A DNA stretch of 55,403 bases from Betaproteobacteria bacterium (lineage in GTDB: Bacteria > Pseudomonadota > Gammaproteobacteria > Burkholderiales > SG8-39), in contig JBDTRO010000105.1 in the NCBI GenBank assembly GCA_039931635.1, positions 1 through 55,403 on the forward strand, in the 5' to 3' direction. A model generated the notes under the pieces. The model ran no database searches, was not told the origin of the DNA, and saw only the letters and a program-made list of their open reading frames with translations. This document shows, in pieces, positions 18,750 to 29,995 of the stretch (position 1 is its first letter; every line of letters begins with the position of its first letter). A program made the translations under genes and the position numbers.

Positions 18750-18989
18750 TCAGGAGCGCAGGTAGCGGGCGAGATCTTTTTCCGTCAGGATTCCCTGGTC
18801 GCGTGCCCTGCGGCTCCAGTATCCCTGCAAGTCGCGCAGTTCCTGCAGCCGTCGCTCGATGCCGGCCTGGCGAAGCGCGTCCTGGATGACGCCGCTCAGG
18901 GTCTTGCCCTCGGCGCGGGCCAGCGCTTCGGCATGCCGCGCAAGTTCGGCGGGCAGTGAGATGGTTTTCTTGACGGCGGCGCGCATCAA
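18750..18989 (-). CDS. Ribbon-helix-helix (CopG-like) antitoxin
   Basis: 79 aa. KKTISLPAELARHAEALARAEGKTLSGVIQDAL fits a beta-strand plus two helices RHH pattern. Lies 8 nt upstream of the PIN gene. Confidence 0.65.
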   Translation of the reverse strand: MMRAAVKKTISLPAELARHAEALARAEGKTLSGVIQDALRQAGIERRLQELRDLQGYWSRRARDQGILTEKDLARYLRS

Positions 18990-19060
18990 AAAGGTCCTTG
19001 CAATCAGGTATGACTAAATCATACTATGCCTGTTTCCTTCCGGCCACCCTGAAAGGCATC

Positions 19061-19465
19061 ATGGGCTACTTGCTCGCAATGAGTTTCGCGTTCGCGGTTG
19101 CGGTTTTCCCCGTGCAGGCCGCCGATGGTCTCGTCAAGACCGACACCACCGTCGGCAAGGGCAAGGAGGCGATGCCCGGCAAAACGGTGGACGTGAATTA
19201 CACCGGCTGGCTGCACGATCCCAAGGCCGACAAGCAGCGCGGCAAGCAGTTCGACAGTTCGGTGGGCCGTGGGCCGTTTTCGTTTCCGCTGGGCGCGGGG
19301 CGGGTGATTAAGGGTTGGGACGAGGGCGTGGCGGGGATGAAGGTGGGCGGCAAGCGCACGCTGGTGATTCCGCCGGAGCTCGGCTACGGCGCGCGCGGGG
19401 CGGGAGGCGTCATCCCGCCGAACGCAACGCTGGTGTTCGACGTCGAGCTGCTCGACGTCAAGTAA
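19061..19465 (+). CDS. FKBP-type peptidyl-prolyl cis-trans isomerase (periplasmic)
   Basis: Start at MGYLLAMSFAFAVAVFPVQA (signal peptide). FKBP core: VNYTGWL, FDSS, FPLGAGRVIKGWDEG, GYGARGAGGVIPPNATLVFDVELL. Confidence 0.85.
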   Translation: MGYLLAMSFAFAVAVFPVQAADGLVKTDTTVGKGKEAMPGKTVDVNYTGWLHDPKADKQRGKQFDSSVGRGPFSFPLGAGRVIKGWDEGVAGMKVGGKRTLVIPPELGYGARGAGGVIPPNATLVFDVELLDVK

Positions 19466-19476
19466 GCCGCTGCCGC

Positions 19477-22200
19477 CTAGCCGCTGTTGCGCAGCCCGGC
19501 GGCGATGCCGTTGATGGTGAGGTGGATGCCGCGTTTCACGCGGTCATCGGTCTTGCCGCTGCGGTGACGGTTCAGCAGTTCAACCTGCAGGTGATTCAGC
19601 GGATCGAGGTAGGGCAGGCGGTCGCGTATTGAACGGGCGAGCACGGGGTTGTCGGCCAGCAGCGTTTCGTGGCCGGTAATCGCGAGCACTGCGTCCACCG
19701 TGCGCTGCCACTCGCCGCGGATGCGGCCGAAAACGGCTTCGCGCAGCTTGGCGTCGGGCACCAGGTCGGCATAGCGCGAGGCCACGGCCAAATCGCTCTT
19801 GGCCAGCACCATTTCCATGTTCGCGATGACGGTGCGGAAAAACAGCCAGTCGCGGTACATCTCGCCCAGTACCTTCATGCCGTCGGGCCGCGCGGCGCAC
19901 CAGGCTTCGACCGCGGTGCCGAATCCGTACCAGCCCGGCAGCATCAGGCGGCACAGGCTCCAGCTGAAAACCCATGGGATGGCGCGCAGGTCTTCGATCC
20001 CCTGCGATGCCGTGCGCGAGGCGGGGCGGCTGCCGATGTTCAGTTCTGCCAGTTCGGCGATGGGAGTGGAAGCACGGAAGTAGTCCGCGAATCCCGGCGT
20101 TTCGTAGACGAGCGAACGGTAGGCGCGGAAGGAACTCTCCGAGAGCGCGTCCATGACCGGATCGAAGCGGCTGTTATTCTCATCCGCGCTGGCGCTCATG
20201 AAGCTCGCCTCCAGCGTCGCTGCGACCAGCGTTTCGAGGTTGCGCCTGCCGACGTCGCGGTCGGCGTACTTGCTGCCGATGATTTCGCCCTGCTCGGTCA
20301 GGCGGATGGCGCCGTCGACGGCGCCGCTCGGCTGCGCGCGGATCGCATCGTAGGCGGGTCCGCCGCCGCGTCCTACGGTGCCGCCGCGGCCATGGAACAG
20401 CCGCATCCGCACGCCGGCGTCGCGATGGACTTCGACCAGGGCGCGCTGCGCCTTGTACAGCGCCCAATTGGCGGTCAGGTAGCCGCCGTCCTTGTTGCTG
20501 TCGGAGTAGCCGAGCATCACTTCCTGCACGTTGCCGCGTCCCGCCACCCAATTGCGGTAGGCCGACATGGCGAAGGCGGCGCGCATCACGCCGCGCGCGT
20601 TCTCCAGGTCCGCGATGGTCTCGAAGAGCGGCACGATGTCCATCGCGAGGCCCTTGTCCAGCGTGAACAGGCCGACTTCCTTCAGCAACAGCGCCACTTC
20701 CAGCAGGTCGGAGACGCTGGCCGCCTTGGAGATGACGTAGTGCGGCAGCGCGGCAGAGCCGTACAGCGCATGCAGCTGCGCGGCGGTACGCAGAATCGCC
20801 AGTTCGCCCTGCGTTTTTTCGCTGTAAGCCAGGTGCTGGGAGACGAGCGGCCGCGGAGTGGCGAGTTCGCGCTCCAGCAGCGCGACGCGCGCGGGTTCTT
20901 CCAGTGCGAGATAACTGGATTCCACGCCCACTGCGGCAAGCAGTTCCGCCACCACCGCTTCGTGCACGTCCGCGTTCTGGCGCATGTCGAGCGTGGCGAG
21001 GTGGAAGCCGAACACGCGCAGGGCGCGCTGCAGCGGACCGAGACGCACGGCAATGAGCCGGGCTGCGCCATGGCTGGCGAGCGAATCCGCGATCACCTCA
21101 AGATCGGCAGCGAATGCGGCCTCGCCGGCATAAGGCTCCGCCGCCCGGTGCGGTTCGCGCGGCGGAACGAATTCCGTGCGCGCGTGCGCAGTCGCAGCGA
21201 GGCGCGAATACATGCCCGACAGGGCCTGGCGGTACGGTTCGTCCTGGCGGTGCGTTGAAGGATCCCGGGCAGCGTGCGCGAGCCGGAGCAGCGCCGCGCT
21301 CGGCTGCTGCAGGCGCAAGGACATCGACAGTTCCGCGCCGAGCAGGTGCACTTCTTCTAGGTAATGGGCGAACGCGGTACGCGCCTGCCGTGTCACCGCC
21401 TCGCGCAGCACGTCCGCGGTGACGAACGGATTGCCATCGCGATCGCCGCCGATCCAGGAGCCCATGCGCAGCACGACAGGGATCGGCCTGCCTCCGTACG
21501 CAGATTCCAGTTCCTCATACAGGCGCGGCACTTCGGCCAGGAATGTCAGGCGATAAAAGGAAAGCGCGTTCTCGATCTCGTCGATGACGCGCAGGCGCGA
21601 AAGCCGGAGCATCGCCGTTTGCCACAGCGTCAGGATGCGTGCCTGCAGCCGGTCTTCAATCCTCACGCGCTGCCTGGCGCTAAGGCGCGCGTCCTCCAGT
21701 TGCGACAATGCGGCGGCTATGCCGCGTTCGCAGTCGAGAATGCTCTGTCGCTGCACCTCGGTCGGGTGCGCGGTGAGCACAGGCACCACCATGGCGCGCG
21801 CGAACCATGCATCCAGCTCGGCATCGCTTGCGCCTCCTGCGCGCACTTTCGCGAGCGCGAACGCGAAGCTGCCCGGTCCGGGCGCCGCGCCGCCGCGTTC
21901 GCCTTCCTGCGCAAGCCGGTTGGTCTGGCGATCCTCGGCGACGTTCAAAAGATGCAGGAAGTAGCTGAAGGCGCGTACCACGTCCAGCGTCTGGTCACGG
22001 GTCAGGGCGTTTAGCTGGACTTCCAGTCCCGCGCGTACTTCGCGCGCCGCGGCCTGCTCGGCGCGGCGGAATCCGACCGCCGCCTGCCGGATGCGTTCGA
22101 TGCGGTCGTAACCTTCGACGCCGATCTGGTCGCGCAACACCTGGCCCAGCACGCGGCCCAGATACCGCGTCTCTTCCCGGAGGGATGCAGGACTTTCCAT
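19477..22200 (-). CDS. ppc: Phosphoenolpyruvate carboxylase
   Basis: Start at MESPASLREETRYLGRVLG (cat 22198-22200). Motifs VLTAHPTE, GYSDSNKDGG, FHGRGGTVGRGGGP and C-terminal TINGIAAGLRNSG. Confidence 0.93.
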   Translation of the reverse strand: MESPASLREETRYLGRVLGQVLRDQIGVEGYDRIERIRQAAVGFRRAEQAAAREVRAGLEVQLNALTRDQTLDVVRAFSYFLHLLNVAEDRQTNRLAQEGERGGAAPGPGSFAFALAKVRAGGASDAELDAWFARAMVVPVLTAHPTEVQRQSILDCERGIAAALSQLEDARLSARQRVRIEDRLQARILTLWQTAMLRLSRLRVIDEIENALSFYRLTFLAEVPRLYEELESAYGGRPIPVVLRMGSWIGGDRDGNPFVTADVLREAVTRQARTAFAHYLEEVHLLGAELSMSLRLQQPSAALLRLAHAARDPSTHRQDEPYRQALSGMYSRLAATAHARTEFVPPREPHRAAEPYAGEAAFAADLEVIADSLASHGAARLIAVRLGPLQRALRVFGFHLATLDMRQNADVHEAVVAELLAAVGVESSYLALEEPARVALLERELATPRPLVSQHLAYSEKTQGELAILRTAAQLHALYGSAALPHYVISKAASVSDLLEVALLLKEVGLFTLDKGLAMDIVPLFETIADLENARGVMRAAFAMSAYRNWVAGRGNVQEVMLGYSDSNKDGGYLTANWALYKAQRALVEVHRDAGVRMRLFHGRGGTVGRGGGPAYDAIRAQPSGAVDGAIRLTEQGEIIGSKYADRDVGRRNLETLVAATLEASFMSASADENNSRFDPVMDALSESSFRAYRSLVYETPGFADYFRASTPIAELAELNIGSRPASRTASQGIEDLRAIPWVFSWSLCRLMLPGWYGFGTAVEAWCAARPDGMKVLGEMYRDWLFFRTVIANMEMVLAKSDLAVASRYADLVPDAKLREAVFGRIRGEWQRTVDAVLAITGHETLLADNPVLARSIRDRLPYLDPLNHLQVELLNRHRSGKTDDRVKRGIHLTINGIAAGLRNSG

Positions 22201-22240
22201 GGCGTCCGCTTGGCGCAGTTCGAACCGGGGTCGATGGCCG

Positions 22241-23029
22241 CTACTTGAGCGCGGCGAGCAGTTCGGTAAAGACCTTGGGCGTCGCAGCGGCGATGTCGCC
22301 CTTTTCGAGCCAGCCCGCATCGCCCGAGAGATCGCCCACCATGCCGCCGGCTTCCTGGATCATCAACGCGCCCGCGGCCATGTCCCAGGGCGCGAGGCCC
22401 ATTTCCCAGAACGCATCCAGCCGCCCCGCGGCAACATACGCCAGGTCGAGCGCGGCCGCGCCCGCGCGGCGCACGCCGGCGGAGGTCTGCATCATCAGCT
22501 TCAGCTGCTTCATGTACAGGTCGAGCCGCGACATTTCCTTGAACGGAAATCCGGTGCCGACCAGCGCGTTCTTCAGGTGCACGCACCTGGTGACGCGGAT
22601 GCGCCGGTCATCGAGGAATGCGCCGCGGCCCTTGGACGCGGTGAAGAGCTCGTTCTTCAGCGGGTCGTAGATCACACCTTGCTCGATGGCGCCGCGGTGC
22701 TCCAGCGCGACGGACACGCAGTACTGCGGAAATCCATGGATGAAGTTGGTGGTGCCATCCAGCGGGTCGATGATCCAGCGGTATTCGACTTTCGCGGCGC
22801 TGCTCCTGCCGGGCAGGGCGCCGGATTCTTCACCGAGGATGTGGTGGTCCGGATAGGCCTGGCGGATGATGTCGATGACCGAGGACTCCGCCGCCTTGTC
22901 CACCTGCGTCACGAAATCGTTGGTCCGCTTGGAGTGGATTTCCAGCTTGGTGCGGTCGAGCGAGGCGCGGTTGATGATGCTGCCGGCGCGCCGGGCTGCC
23001 TTGACCGCGATATTGAGCATCGGATGCAT
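22241..23029 (-). CDS. suhB: Inositol monophosphatase family protein SuhB
   Basis: 262 aa with [31 protein letters not shown] and [15 protein letters not shown]. Confidence 0.9.
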   Translation of the reverse strand: MHPMLNIAVKAARRAGSIINRASLDRTKLEIHSKRTNDFVTQVDKAAESSVIDIIRQAYPDHHILGEESGALPGRSSAAKVEYRWIIDPLDGTTNFIHGFPQYCVSVALEHRGAIEQGVIYDPLKNELFTASKGRGAFLDDRRIRVTRCVHLKNALVGTGFPFKEMSRLDLYMKQLKLMMQTSAGVRRAGAAALDLAYVAAGRLDAFWEMGLAPWDMAAGALMIQEAGGMVGDLSGDAGWLEKGDIAAATPKVFTELLAALK

Positions 23030-23046
23030 GGGGCGCGTATTCTATT

Positions 23047-23763
23047 ATGGTGACTGCTTCCAGAGTTCGAATCGTGCTGTGCCGTCCCAGCCACCCCGGC
23101 AATATCGGCGCCGCCGCGCGCGCGATGAAGACCATGGGGCTGTCCGACCTGCGCCTCATTGCGCCGGAGAAATTCCCGGCGCCGGAAGCGCGCTGGATGG
23201 CGACCAGTGCGATCGATGTACTCGACAATTCGAAGATCCACGGCAGGCTGCCGGAGGCAATCTCCGACTGCGTCGCCGCGTTCGCCTTGTCGGCGCGCCC
23301 GCGCGAGTGGTCGACGCAGGTGCTGGACGTGCGTGCCGCGGCGGCCCGCGCGCTCGAACTCGACGGCGAGGTGGCGTTCGTGTTCGGCAACGAGCAGGCC
23401 GGCCTGACCAACGACGAAATGCTGGCCTGCCAGTACCTCGTGCATATCCCCACCCAGCCGGAATGCAGATCGTTGAACCTGGCGCAGGCGGTGCAGGTCG
23501 TGGCCTATGAACTGTTTAGGGTGACGGCTTCGCCTGCTTTTCAAATGCGGAGCGAAAAGCCCGCCACGGTCGGGGACCTCGAAGGGTTGTATGGCCACCT
23601 CGAGGAAGCAGCGGTGCAGAGCGAGTTCCTGGACCCGGCGTCGAGCTCCAAGCTGCGCACCCGCTGGCGCCGGTTGTTTTCCCGCGTTCCGGCGCTGGAG
23701 CGGGAGGAGGTCAACATCCTGCGCGGGCTCCTGAACGCCTTGCAGAAGGCGAAGTCCAAATAG
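23047..23763 (+). CDS. trmJ: tRNA (cytidine/uridine-2'-O-)-methyltransferase TrmJ (SpoU family)
   Basis: The N-terminus RIVLCRPSHPGNIGAAARAMKTMGL matches the TrmJ pattern. FVFGNEQAGL and SLNLAQAV form the SPOUT knot motifs. Divergent from suhB, as in many proteobacteria. Confidence 0.85.
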   Translation: MVTASRVRIVLCRPSHPGNIGAAARAMKTMGLSDLRLIAPEKFPAPEARWMATSAIDVLDNSKIHGRLPEAISDCVAAFALSARPREWSTQVLDVRAAAARALELDGEVAFVFGNEQAGLTNDEMLACQYLVHIPTQPECRSLNLAQAVQVVAYELFRVTASPAFQMRSEKPATVGDLEGLYGHLEEAAVQSEFLDPASSSKLRTRWRRLFSRVPALEREEVNILRGLLNALQKAKSK

Positions 23764-23799
23764 TTGATCGTTTTACTCGGACACCTTAAAATACCCTTC

Positions 23800-24516
23800 A
23801 TGTTCAGGCGCGTACGCGAAGATATTGCCAGCGTATTCGAGCGCGACCCAGCCGCGCGCTCGACCTGGGAAGTGCTGACCTGCTATCCCGGCCTGCATGC
23901 GGTCTGGATCCACCGGCTGGCGCACTGGTTCTGGATGCACGGACTGTCGTGGCTGGGCCGGTTTACGTCGCATCTCGGGCGCTGGCTGACAGGCATCGAG
24001 ATCCATCCGGGGGCGAAGGTCGGCCGGCGCGTCTTCATCGACCACGGCATGGGCCTGGTGGTCGGCGAAACCGCCGAAATCGGCGACGATTGCACGATTT
24101 ATCAGGGTGTGACGCTCGGCGGAACGTCGCTCTATCGCGGCGCCAAGCGCCATCCGACACTGGGCAAGGGCGTGGTGGTGAGTGCTGGCGCGAAGGTGCT
24201 CGGCGGCTTCACCGTCGGGGACGGTGCCAAGGTCGGCTCCAATGCCGTGGTGCTGAAGGAAGTGCCGGCGGGCGCGACGGTGGTCGGCATTCCGGGTCGC
24301 ATCGTCGAAGGGAGCTCGAAGAAAATGGACAAGGCGGAGTTCGCCGCTTATGGCGTGGTGCCGGACGAGGAAGACCCGTACGCCAAGACGCTGCAATCAC
24401 TCGTCGACCATGCGCAGGAGCTCGAGCAGACGGTCTCGGCCCTGACCGAAAAAATGCGGCGCATGGAACAGGCCGCGGAACGCGCCAAATCCGATCCCCT
24501 GAGAGCAATCAAGTAA
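23800..24516 (+). CDS. cysE: Serine O-acetyltransferase
   Basis: Start at [19 protein letters not shown] (ATG 23800). Hexapeptide-repeat region [41 protein letters not shown]. Confidence 0.9.
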   Translation: MFRRVREDIASVFERDPAARSTWEVLTCYPGLHAVWIHRLAHWFWMHGLSWLGRFTSHLGRWLTGIEIHPGAKVGRRVFIDHGMGLVVGETAEIGDDCTIYQGVTLGGTSLYRGAKRHPTLGKGVVVSAGAKVLGGFTVGDGAKVGSNAVVLKEVPAGATVVGIPGRIVEGSSKKMDKAEFAAYGVVPDEEDPYAKTLQSLVDHAQELEQTVSALTEKMRRMEQAAERAKSDPLRAIK

Positions 24517-24538
24517 TTGATAATAAAAGAATAAGTGT

Positions 24539-24574
24539 AATACCCGACAGAATTGCTCGGGATTTCGGTATAAT
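24539..24574 (+). promoter_or_regulatory. Putative IscR type-1 operator plus -10 box of the isc promoter
   Basis: AATACCCGACAGAATTGCTCGGGATTT (24539-24565) resembles the E. coli iscR-promoter IscR site (ATAsyyGACTrwwwyAGTCrrsTAT class). TATAAT at 24569-24574 lies 34 nt upstream of the iscR ATG. Confidence 0.5.
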
Positions 24575-24607
24575 GCATGACTCCATCGGGTATGGAACGA
24601 CTCAACC

Positions 24608-25078
24608 ATGAGACTCACGACTAAAGGCAGGTTCGCGGTAACGGCGATGGTGGATCTGTCCATGCGCCAGACGCGCGGTCCGGTGACGCTCGCTGCAATC
24701 AGCGAACGCCAGCACATCTCGCTGTCCTACCTGGAGCAGTTGTTCGGCAAGTTGCGGCGCGCGAGCCTGGTGACCAGCGTGCGCGGGCCGGGCGGCGGCT
24801 ATTGCCTCGCGCGGCCGACCAACGGCATTTCGGTGGCGGAAATCATCACCGCGGTGGACGAGCCCATCGACGCGACGCAATGCGGCGGCAAGCAAAACTG
24901 CATCGACGACCGGCGCTGCGTGACCCACGACCTGTGGGCGACGCTGAACGAGAAGATGAACGATTACCTGAACTCGGTTTCCCTCGCCGACGTGGTGTCG
25001 CACCAGCAGGGCAAGCAGGTGCAGGTGATCAAGGATTTCCGCGGCCGGGAGAAATCGCCCGAGAAGGTGGCCGCGTAA
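24608..25078 (+). CDS. iscR: Fe-S cluster assembly transcriptional regulator IscR (Rrf2 family)
   Basis: [17 protein letters not shown]..., wHTH region, and cluster-ligand Cys pattern [19 protein letters not shown]. Confidence 0.93.
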   Translation: MRLTTKGRFAVTAMVDLSMRQTRGPVTLAAISERQHISLSYLEQLFGKLRRASLVTSVRGPGGGYCLARPTNGISVAEIITAVDEPIDATQCGGKQNCIDDRRCVTHDLWATLNEKMNDYLNSVSLADVVSHQQGKQVQVIKDFRGREKSPEKVAA

Positions 25079-26286
25079 TGAAGCTGCCCATCTACCTGGA
25101 TTACTCCGCCACCACGCCGGTAGACCCGCGCGTGGCGCAGAAAATGATCCCGTTCCTCACTGAGGATTTCGGCAATCCGGCCAGCCGCTCGCATTCCCTG
25201 GGCTGGAAGGCCGAGGAAGCGGTCGAGGAGGCGCGCGAGCACGTCGCGACGCTGGTGCGCTGCGATTCGCGTGAAATCGTCTGGACTTCCGGCGCCACCG
25301 AATCCATCAACCTGGCGTTGAAGGGGGCGGCGGAGTTCTACAAGACCAGGGGCAAGCACCTGATCACCGTCAGGACCGAGCACAAGGCGACGCTGGATAC
25401 GATGCGCGAGCTCGAGCGGCGCGGCTTCGAGGTGACCTACCTGGACGTGCAGCCCGACGGGCTGCTCGACCTGAACCAGCTGGAAGCGGCGATCCGCAAG
25501 GACACGGTCCTAGTGTCGGTTATGTACGTGAACAACGAAATCGGCGTAATCCAGGACATCCCCGCGATCGGCGAACTATGCCGGAAGAAGGGCGTTCTGT
25601 TTCACGTCGATTCGGCGCAGGCGACCGGCAAGTGCGACATCGACCTGCAATCGCTCAAGGTGGACCTGATGTCCTTCTCGGCGCACAAGACCTACGGCCC
25701 CAAGGGGGTCGGCGCCTTGTACGTCTGCAGGAAACCGCGCGTGCGGCTGGAAGCGCAGATCCATGGCGGCGGTCACGAACGGGGTTTCCGCTCCGGCACC
25801 CTGCCCACGCACCAGATCGCCGGCATGGGCGAGGCGTTCCGCCTCGCGAAGCTGGAGATGGGCGCGGAAAACGAGCGCATCCGTGCGATGCGCGACAAGC
25901 TGCTCGCCGGCATGAACCAGATGGAAGAGGTGTTCGTCAACGGCGACCTCGTGCGCCGCGTGCCGCACAACCTGAACATCAGCTTCAACTTCGTCGAGGG
26001 CGAGTCTCTGATCATGGCGGTGAAGGACATTGCGGTGTCCTCGGGTTCGGCCTGCACGTCGGCCTCGCTGGAACCGTCGTACGTGCTGCGGGCACTGGGG
26101 CGCTCGGACGAACTGGCGCACAGCTCGATCCGCTTCACCCTGGGCCGCTTCACGACGCAGGAAGACGTGGACTACACGATCAATCACCTCAGAAGTAAAG
26201 TCGAGAAGCTCAGAGAGCTCTCGCCATTGTGGGAGATGCACAAAGAAGGCATCGACCTCAGCACGGTCCAGTGGGCCGCGCATTGA
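25078..26286 (+). CDS. iscS: Cysteine desulfurase IscS
   Basis: [19 protein letters not shown]..., PLP-Lys motif [12 protein letters not shown], active-site loop SSGSACTS. Its ATG overlaps the iscR stop (TAATG). Confidence 0.95.
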   Translation: MKLPIYLDYSATTPVDPRVAQKMIPFLTEDFGNPASRSHSLGWKAEEAVEEAREHVATLVRCDSREIVWTSGATESINLALKGAAEFYKTRGKHLITVRTEHKATLDTMRELERRGFEVTYLDVQPDGLLDLNQLEAAIRKDTVLVSVMYVNNEIGVIQDIPAIGELCRKKGVLFHVDSAQATGKCDIDLQSLKVDLMSFSAHKTYGPKGVGALYVCRKPRVRLEAQIHGGGHERGFRSGTLPTHQIAGMGEAFRLAKLEMGAENERIRAMRDKLLAGMNQMEEVFVNGDLVRRVPHNLNISFNFVEGESLIMAVKDIAVSSGSACTSASLEPSYVLRALGRSDELAHSSIRFTLGRFTTQEDVDYTINHLRSKVEKLRELSPLWEMHKEGIDLSTVQWAAH

Positions 26287-26306
26287 CAGGGTAATCAGGA
26301 GACAGC

Positions 26307-26717
26307 ATGGCTTATAGCGAAAAGGTTCTGGACCACTACGAAAACCCGAGGAACGTCGGCTCCTTCGACAAGGGCGACGATTCGGTGGGCACCGGCATGG
26401 TCGGCGCGCCGGCCTGCGGCGACGTGATGAAGCTGCAGATCAAGGTCAACAAGGACGGCATCATCGAAGATGCGCGCTTCAAGACCTACGGCTGCGGCTC
26501 GGCAATCGCCTCGTCCTCGCTGATCACGGAGTGGGTGAAGGGCAAGAAACTCGATGAAGCTGCGAGCATCAAGAACACGCAGATCGCCGCCGAGCTGTCG
26601 CTGCCGCCGGTGAAGATCCACTGCTCGATCCTCGCCGAGGACGCCATCAAGGCGGCCGTCGCCGACTACCGCAAGAAGCATCCGCAGGCGGCGCCCGCCC
26701 GCGAGAAGGCGGCCTGA
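26307..26717 (+). CDS. iscU: Fe-S cluster scaffold IscU
   Basis: [51 protein letters not shown]. Confidence 0.95.
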   Translation: MAYSEKVLDHYENPRNVGSFDKGDDSVGTGMVGAPACGDVMKLQIKVNKDGIIEDARFKTYGCGSAIASSSLITEWVKGKKLDEAASIKNTQIAAELSLPPVKIHCSILAEDAIKAAVADYRKKHPQAAPAREKAA

Positions 26718-26722
26718 CGCCC

Positions 26723-27046
26723 ATGGCCGTGACGCTCACCGAGAAGGCCGCGACGCACGTGCAGAACTTCCTCGCCAGGCGAGGCAAGGGCGTGGCGCTG
26801 CGCCTGGGCGTGCGCACCACCGGCTGCTCCGGGATGGCGTACAAGCTCGAATACGCGGACGCCGTGAGCCCGGACGACCTGCAATTCGAGAGCCACGGCG
26901 TCAAGGTGGTGATCGATCCCAAGAGCCTGCCGTATCTCGACGGCACCGAACTCGACTTCGCCCGGGAAGGCCTGAACGAGGGGTTCAAGTTCAACAACCC
27001 CAACGTCAAGGACGAGTGCGGCTGCGGCGAAAGCTTCAATGTGTGA
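26723..27046 (+). CDS. iscA: Iron-binding A-type carrier IscA
   Basis: 107 aa with [12 protein letters not shown] and the C-terminal CGCGESF motif. Confidence 0.93.
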   Translation: MAVTLTEKAATHVQNFLARRGKGVALRLGVRTTGCSGMAYKLEYADAVSPDDLQFESHGVKVVIDPKSLPYLDGTELDFAREGLNEGFKFNNPNVKDECGCGESFNV

Positions 27047-27061
27047 ACTGCGTCTGAGGGC

Positions 27062-27571
27062 TTGAAGAACCATTTCGAGCTGTTCGGCCTCTCCCCGGCG
27101 TACGCGCTGGACCTGGAACATCTGGACCGCGCCTACCGTGATATCCAAGCCAGAGTGCATCCCGACCGCTTCGCGCACGCCGGCGACGCCGAGCGGCGCG
27201 CGTCCATGCAGATGACGACGCGGGTGAACGAGGCCTATCGCGTTCTGAAGAGCCCGGTGCAGCGGGCGAGCTATCTGCTTGAACTGAATGGCGTGGATAC
27301 CGGCTTCGAAACCAGCACCGCCATGGCGCCCGATTTCCTGATGGAACAGATGGATTTGCGGGAAAAGCTGGCAGCCGCGCGCGACACGGCGACGCTTGAT
27401 TTGATTCTCAAGGATCTTGTGATGGCGAAGAAGGCGCTTGAAATGCGGGTCGCAGAATGTATTGACGCCAGGCGTGATTACGCGGGTGCGAAAGAACTCG
27501 CGAGAAAGCTCATGTTCCTCGATAAATTCGGCAAAGAAATCGACGCTACTTACGAATCGTTCGAGGCCTGA
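27062..27571 (+). CDS. hscB: Co-chaperone HscB
   Basis: TTG start gives [11 protein letters not shown]-domain with the HPD motif (ARVHPDRF). Position between iscA and hscA. Confidence 0.85.
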   Translation: MKNHFELFGLSPAYALDLEHLDRAYRDIQARVHPDRFAHAGDAERRASMQMTTRVNEAYRVLKSPVQRASYLLELNGVDTGFETSTAMAPDFLMEQMDLREKLAAARDTATLDLILKDLVMAKKALEMRVAECIDARRDYAGAKELARKLMFLDKFGKEIDATYESFEA

Positions 27572-29439
27572 TGGCTCTGTTTCAAATCTCCGAGCCCGGA
27601 CAGTCGCCCGAGCCGCACCAGCAGCGCCTCGCGGTCGGCATTGATCTCGGCACCACCAATTCGCTGGTCGCCACGGTGCGCAGCGGCGCGGCTACGGTGC
27701 TGCCGGATGCGCAGGGCCGCTCGCTGTTGCCTTCGGTCGTGCGCTACCTGCCCGGGGGCAAGGTGGAAGTGGGTTACGCCGCGCAGGCGCAGCAGGCGGA
27801 TGACCCGAAGAACAGCGTCGCCTCGGTCAAGCGCTACATGGGGCGCGGGCTGAAGGACGTGTCGCACGCCGAGAACGCTCCGTATGACTTTGTAGACGCG
27901 CCCGGCATGGTGCAGCTGAAGACGGTCGCCGGTGTGAAGAGTCCGGTCGAGGTCTCCGCCGAAATCCTGAAAATATTGCGCTCGAGGGCGGAAAAATCGC
28001 TCAATGGCGGCCTGACCGGCGCCGTGATCACCGTGCCCGCGTATTTCGACGATGCACAGCGCCAGGCGACGAAGGATGCGGCGAGACTCGCGGGCCTGAA
28101 CGTGCTGCGGCTGCTGAACGAGCCGACGGCCGCGGCGATCGCCTACGGCCTGGAGAACGCGGCAGAGGGCACGTACGCGGTGTTCGATCTGGGCGGCGGC
28201 ACCTTCGACATCTCGATCCTCAAGCTCTCCAAAGGCGTGTTCGAGGTGATCGCGACCAACGGCGATGCCGCGCTTGGCGGCGACGACTGGGACCAGCGCG
28301 TGTTCTGCTGGATCGTCGAGCAGGCCAGGCTGGCGCCCCTTGCGCCGCGCGACGCGCGCCAGCTGCTGGTGAAGGCGCGCGAGGCAAAGGAATACCTGAC
28401 CAGCCACGGCGAGGCGCAGATCTCGGCTCGGCTTTCCACCGCCGAATACGTGGACCTCAAGCTCGACACCGACACTTTCAGCCGCATTACCGAGCATCTC
28501 GTCCAGAAAACACTTGGCCCGGCGCGCAAGGCGCTGCGCGACGCAGGCCTCGCGGTGCAAGAGGTCAAGGGCGTGGTGATGGTGGGCGGCGCGACGCGCA
28601 TGCCGCAGATCCAGCGCGCCGCGGGCGAGTTCTTCCGCCGCGATCCGCTCAACAACCTCGATCCGGACAAAGTCGTGGCGCTGGGCGCTGCGATGCAGGC
28701 CAACGTGCTCGCCGGCAACAAGCCGCAGGGCGAAGACTGGCTGCTGCTGGATGTCATCCCGCTGTCGCTGGGCATCGAGACCATGGGCGGCCTCGCCGAG
28801 CGCATCGTGCCCCGCAATACCACCATACCCTGCGCCAAAGCGCAGGAATTCACCACTTTCAAGGACGGCCAGACCGGGATGAGCTTCCACGTCGTGCAGG
28901 GCGAGCGCGAACTCGTCACCGATTGCCGCTCGCTTGCGCGCTTCGAATTGAAGGGCATTCCGCCGATGGTGGCGGGAGCAGGGCGCGTGCGCGTGACGTT
29001 CCAGGTGGATGCGGACGGCCTGCTATCCGTGTCGGCGCAGGAGAAAACCACCGGCGCGGAAGCTTCCATCGCGGTCAAGCCTTCCTACGGCCTGGCCGAT
29101 GCCGACATCGAACGCATGCTGCGCGATTCCTACGAACACGCGAAGGAAGACATGCATGCGCGGGCGTTGAATGAGCACCGCGTCGACGCGCGACGGTTGA
29201 TGGATGCAACGAGGGGCGGGCTTTTCGCGGATGGTTCGCTTTTGAATTTGGAAGAGAAAATGGAAATCGAAGAGAAAATCGCAAACCTCGAAAAAGTTCT
29301 CCCGACTTTGGACCCGCGCGCCATCAAGGTCGCCAGCGACGCCCTGAATCGCGCGACGGAAGAGTTCGCCGCGCGCCGCATGAATGCGGGCGTGCGCCGG
29401 GCGCTTGCGGGCAAATCCATTGCGAGCCTGGATGCCTAA
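27571..29439 (+). CDS. hscA: Fe-S protein assembly chaperone HscA (Hsp70 family)
   Basis: 622 aa with [24 protein letters not shown] and VGGATRMP. Its start overlaps the hscB stop. Confidence 0.95.
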   Translation: MALFQISEPGQSPEPHQQRLAVGIDLGTTNSLVATVRSGAATVLPDAQGRSLLPSVVRYLPGGKVEVGYAAQAQQADDPKNSVASVKRYMGRGLKDVSHAENAPYDFVDAPGMVQLKTVAGVKSPVEVSAEILKILRSRAEKSLNGGLTGAVITVPAYFDDAQRQATKDAARLAGLNVLRLLNEPTAAAIAYGLENAAEGTYAVFDLGGGTFDISILKLSKGVFEVIATNGDAALGGDDWDQRVFCWIVEQARLAPLAPRDARQLLVKAREAKEYLTSHGEAQISARLSTAEYVDLKLDTDTFSRITEHLVQKTLGPARKALRDAGLAVQEVKGVVMVGGATRMPQIQRAAGEFFRRDPLNNLDPDKVVALGAAMQANVLAGNKPQGEDWLLLDVIPLSLGIETMGGLAERIVPRNTTIPCAKAQEFTTFKDGQTGMSFHVVQGERELVTDCRSLARFELKGIPPMVAGAGRVRVTFQVDADGLLSVSAQEKTTGAEASIAVKPSYGLADADIERMLRDSYEHAKEDMHARALNEHRVDARRLMDATRGGLFADGSLLNLEEKMEIEEKIANLEKVLPTLDPRAIKVASDALNRATEEFAARRMNAGVRRALAGKSIASLDA

Positions 29440-29779
29440 GCTTTCGGTATTGCCCCACGCCATCCTGTGCCCGGCCGGCGCCGAGATCGACGCCGAGGCC
29501 GGCGAAACGCTTTGCGATCTCCTGCTGGCGCACGGCATCGAGATCGAGCATGCCTGCGAGAAGTCCTGCGCCTGCACCACCTGCCACGTGGTGTTGCGCG
29601 AAGGCTACAACTCCCTGGAACCGGCCGAGGAGAAGGAAGAGGACCTGCTCGACAAGGCCTGGGGCCTGGAAGCCACCTCGCGCCTCTCCTGCCAGGCGCG
29701 CATGCGCGATACGAACCTCGTGATCGAGATTCCGAAATACACCATCAACCATGAGCGCGAAGGAGGCGGTATTAAGTGA
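29432..29779 (+). CDS. fdx: ISC-system [2Fe-2S] ferredoxin
   Basis: Start at MPKLSVLPH (ATG 29432, overlapping the hscA end). Cys ligand pattern [12 protein letters not shown]...LSCQ. Confidence 0.9.
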   Translation: MPKLSVLPHAILCPAGAEIDAEAGETLCDLLLAHGIEIEHACEKSCACTTCHVVLREGYNSLEPAEEKEEDLLDKAWGLEATSRLSCQARMRDTNLVIEIPKYTINHEREGGGIK

Positions 29780-29791
29780 GGAGACCCGATC

Positions 29792-29986
29792 ATGAAATGG
29801 ACTGACTCCCTCGACATCGCGATCGCGCTGCTGGAAAAATTGCCCGATCAGGACCCCAAGGCCATCAACTTCGTTGACTTGCGCAACTGGGTGATCGCGC
29901 TGCCGGAATTCGATGACGATCCGAAACGCAGCGGTGAGAAAATTCTTGAAGCGATCCAGATGGCCTGGATCGACGAGGCGGACTAG
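29792..29986 (+). CDS. iscX: Fe-S assembly protein IscX (YfhJ)
   Basis: 64-aa acidic protein MKWTDSLDIAIALLE...ILEAIQMAWIDEAD, the last gene of the isc operon. Confidence 0.85.
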   Translation: MKWTDSLDIAIALLEKLPDQDPKAINFVDLRNWVIALPEFDDDPKRSGEKILEAIQMAWIDEAD

Positions 29987-29995
29987 AACTGCGGC

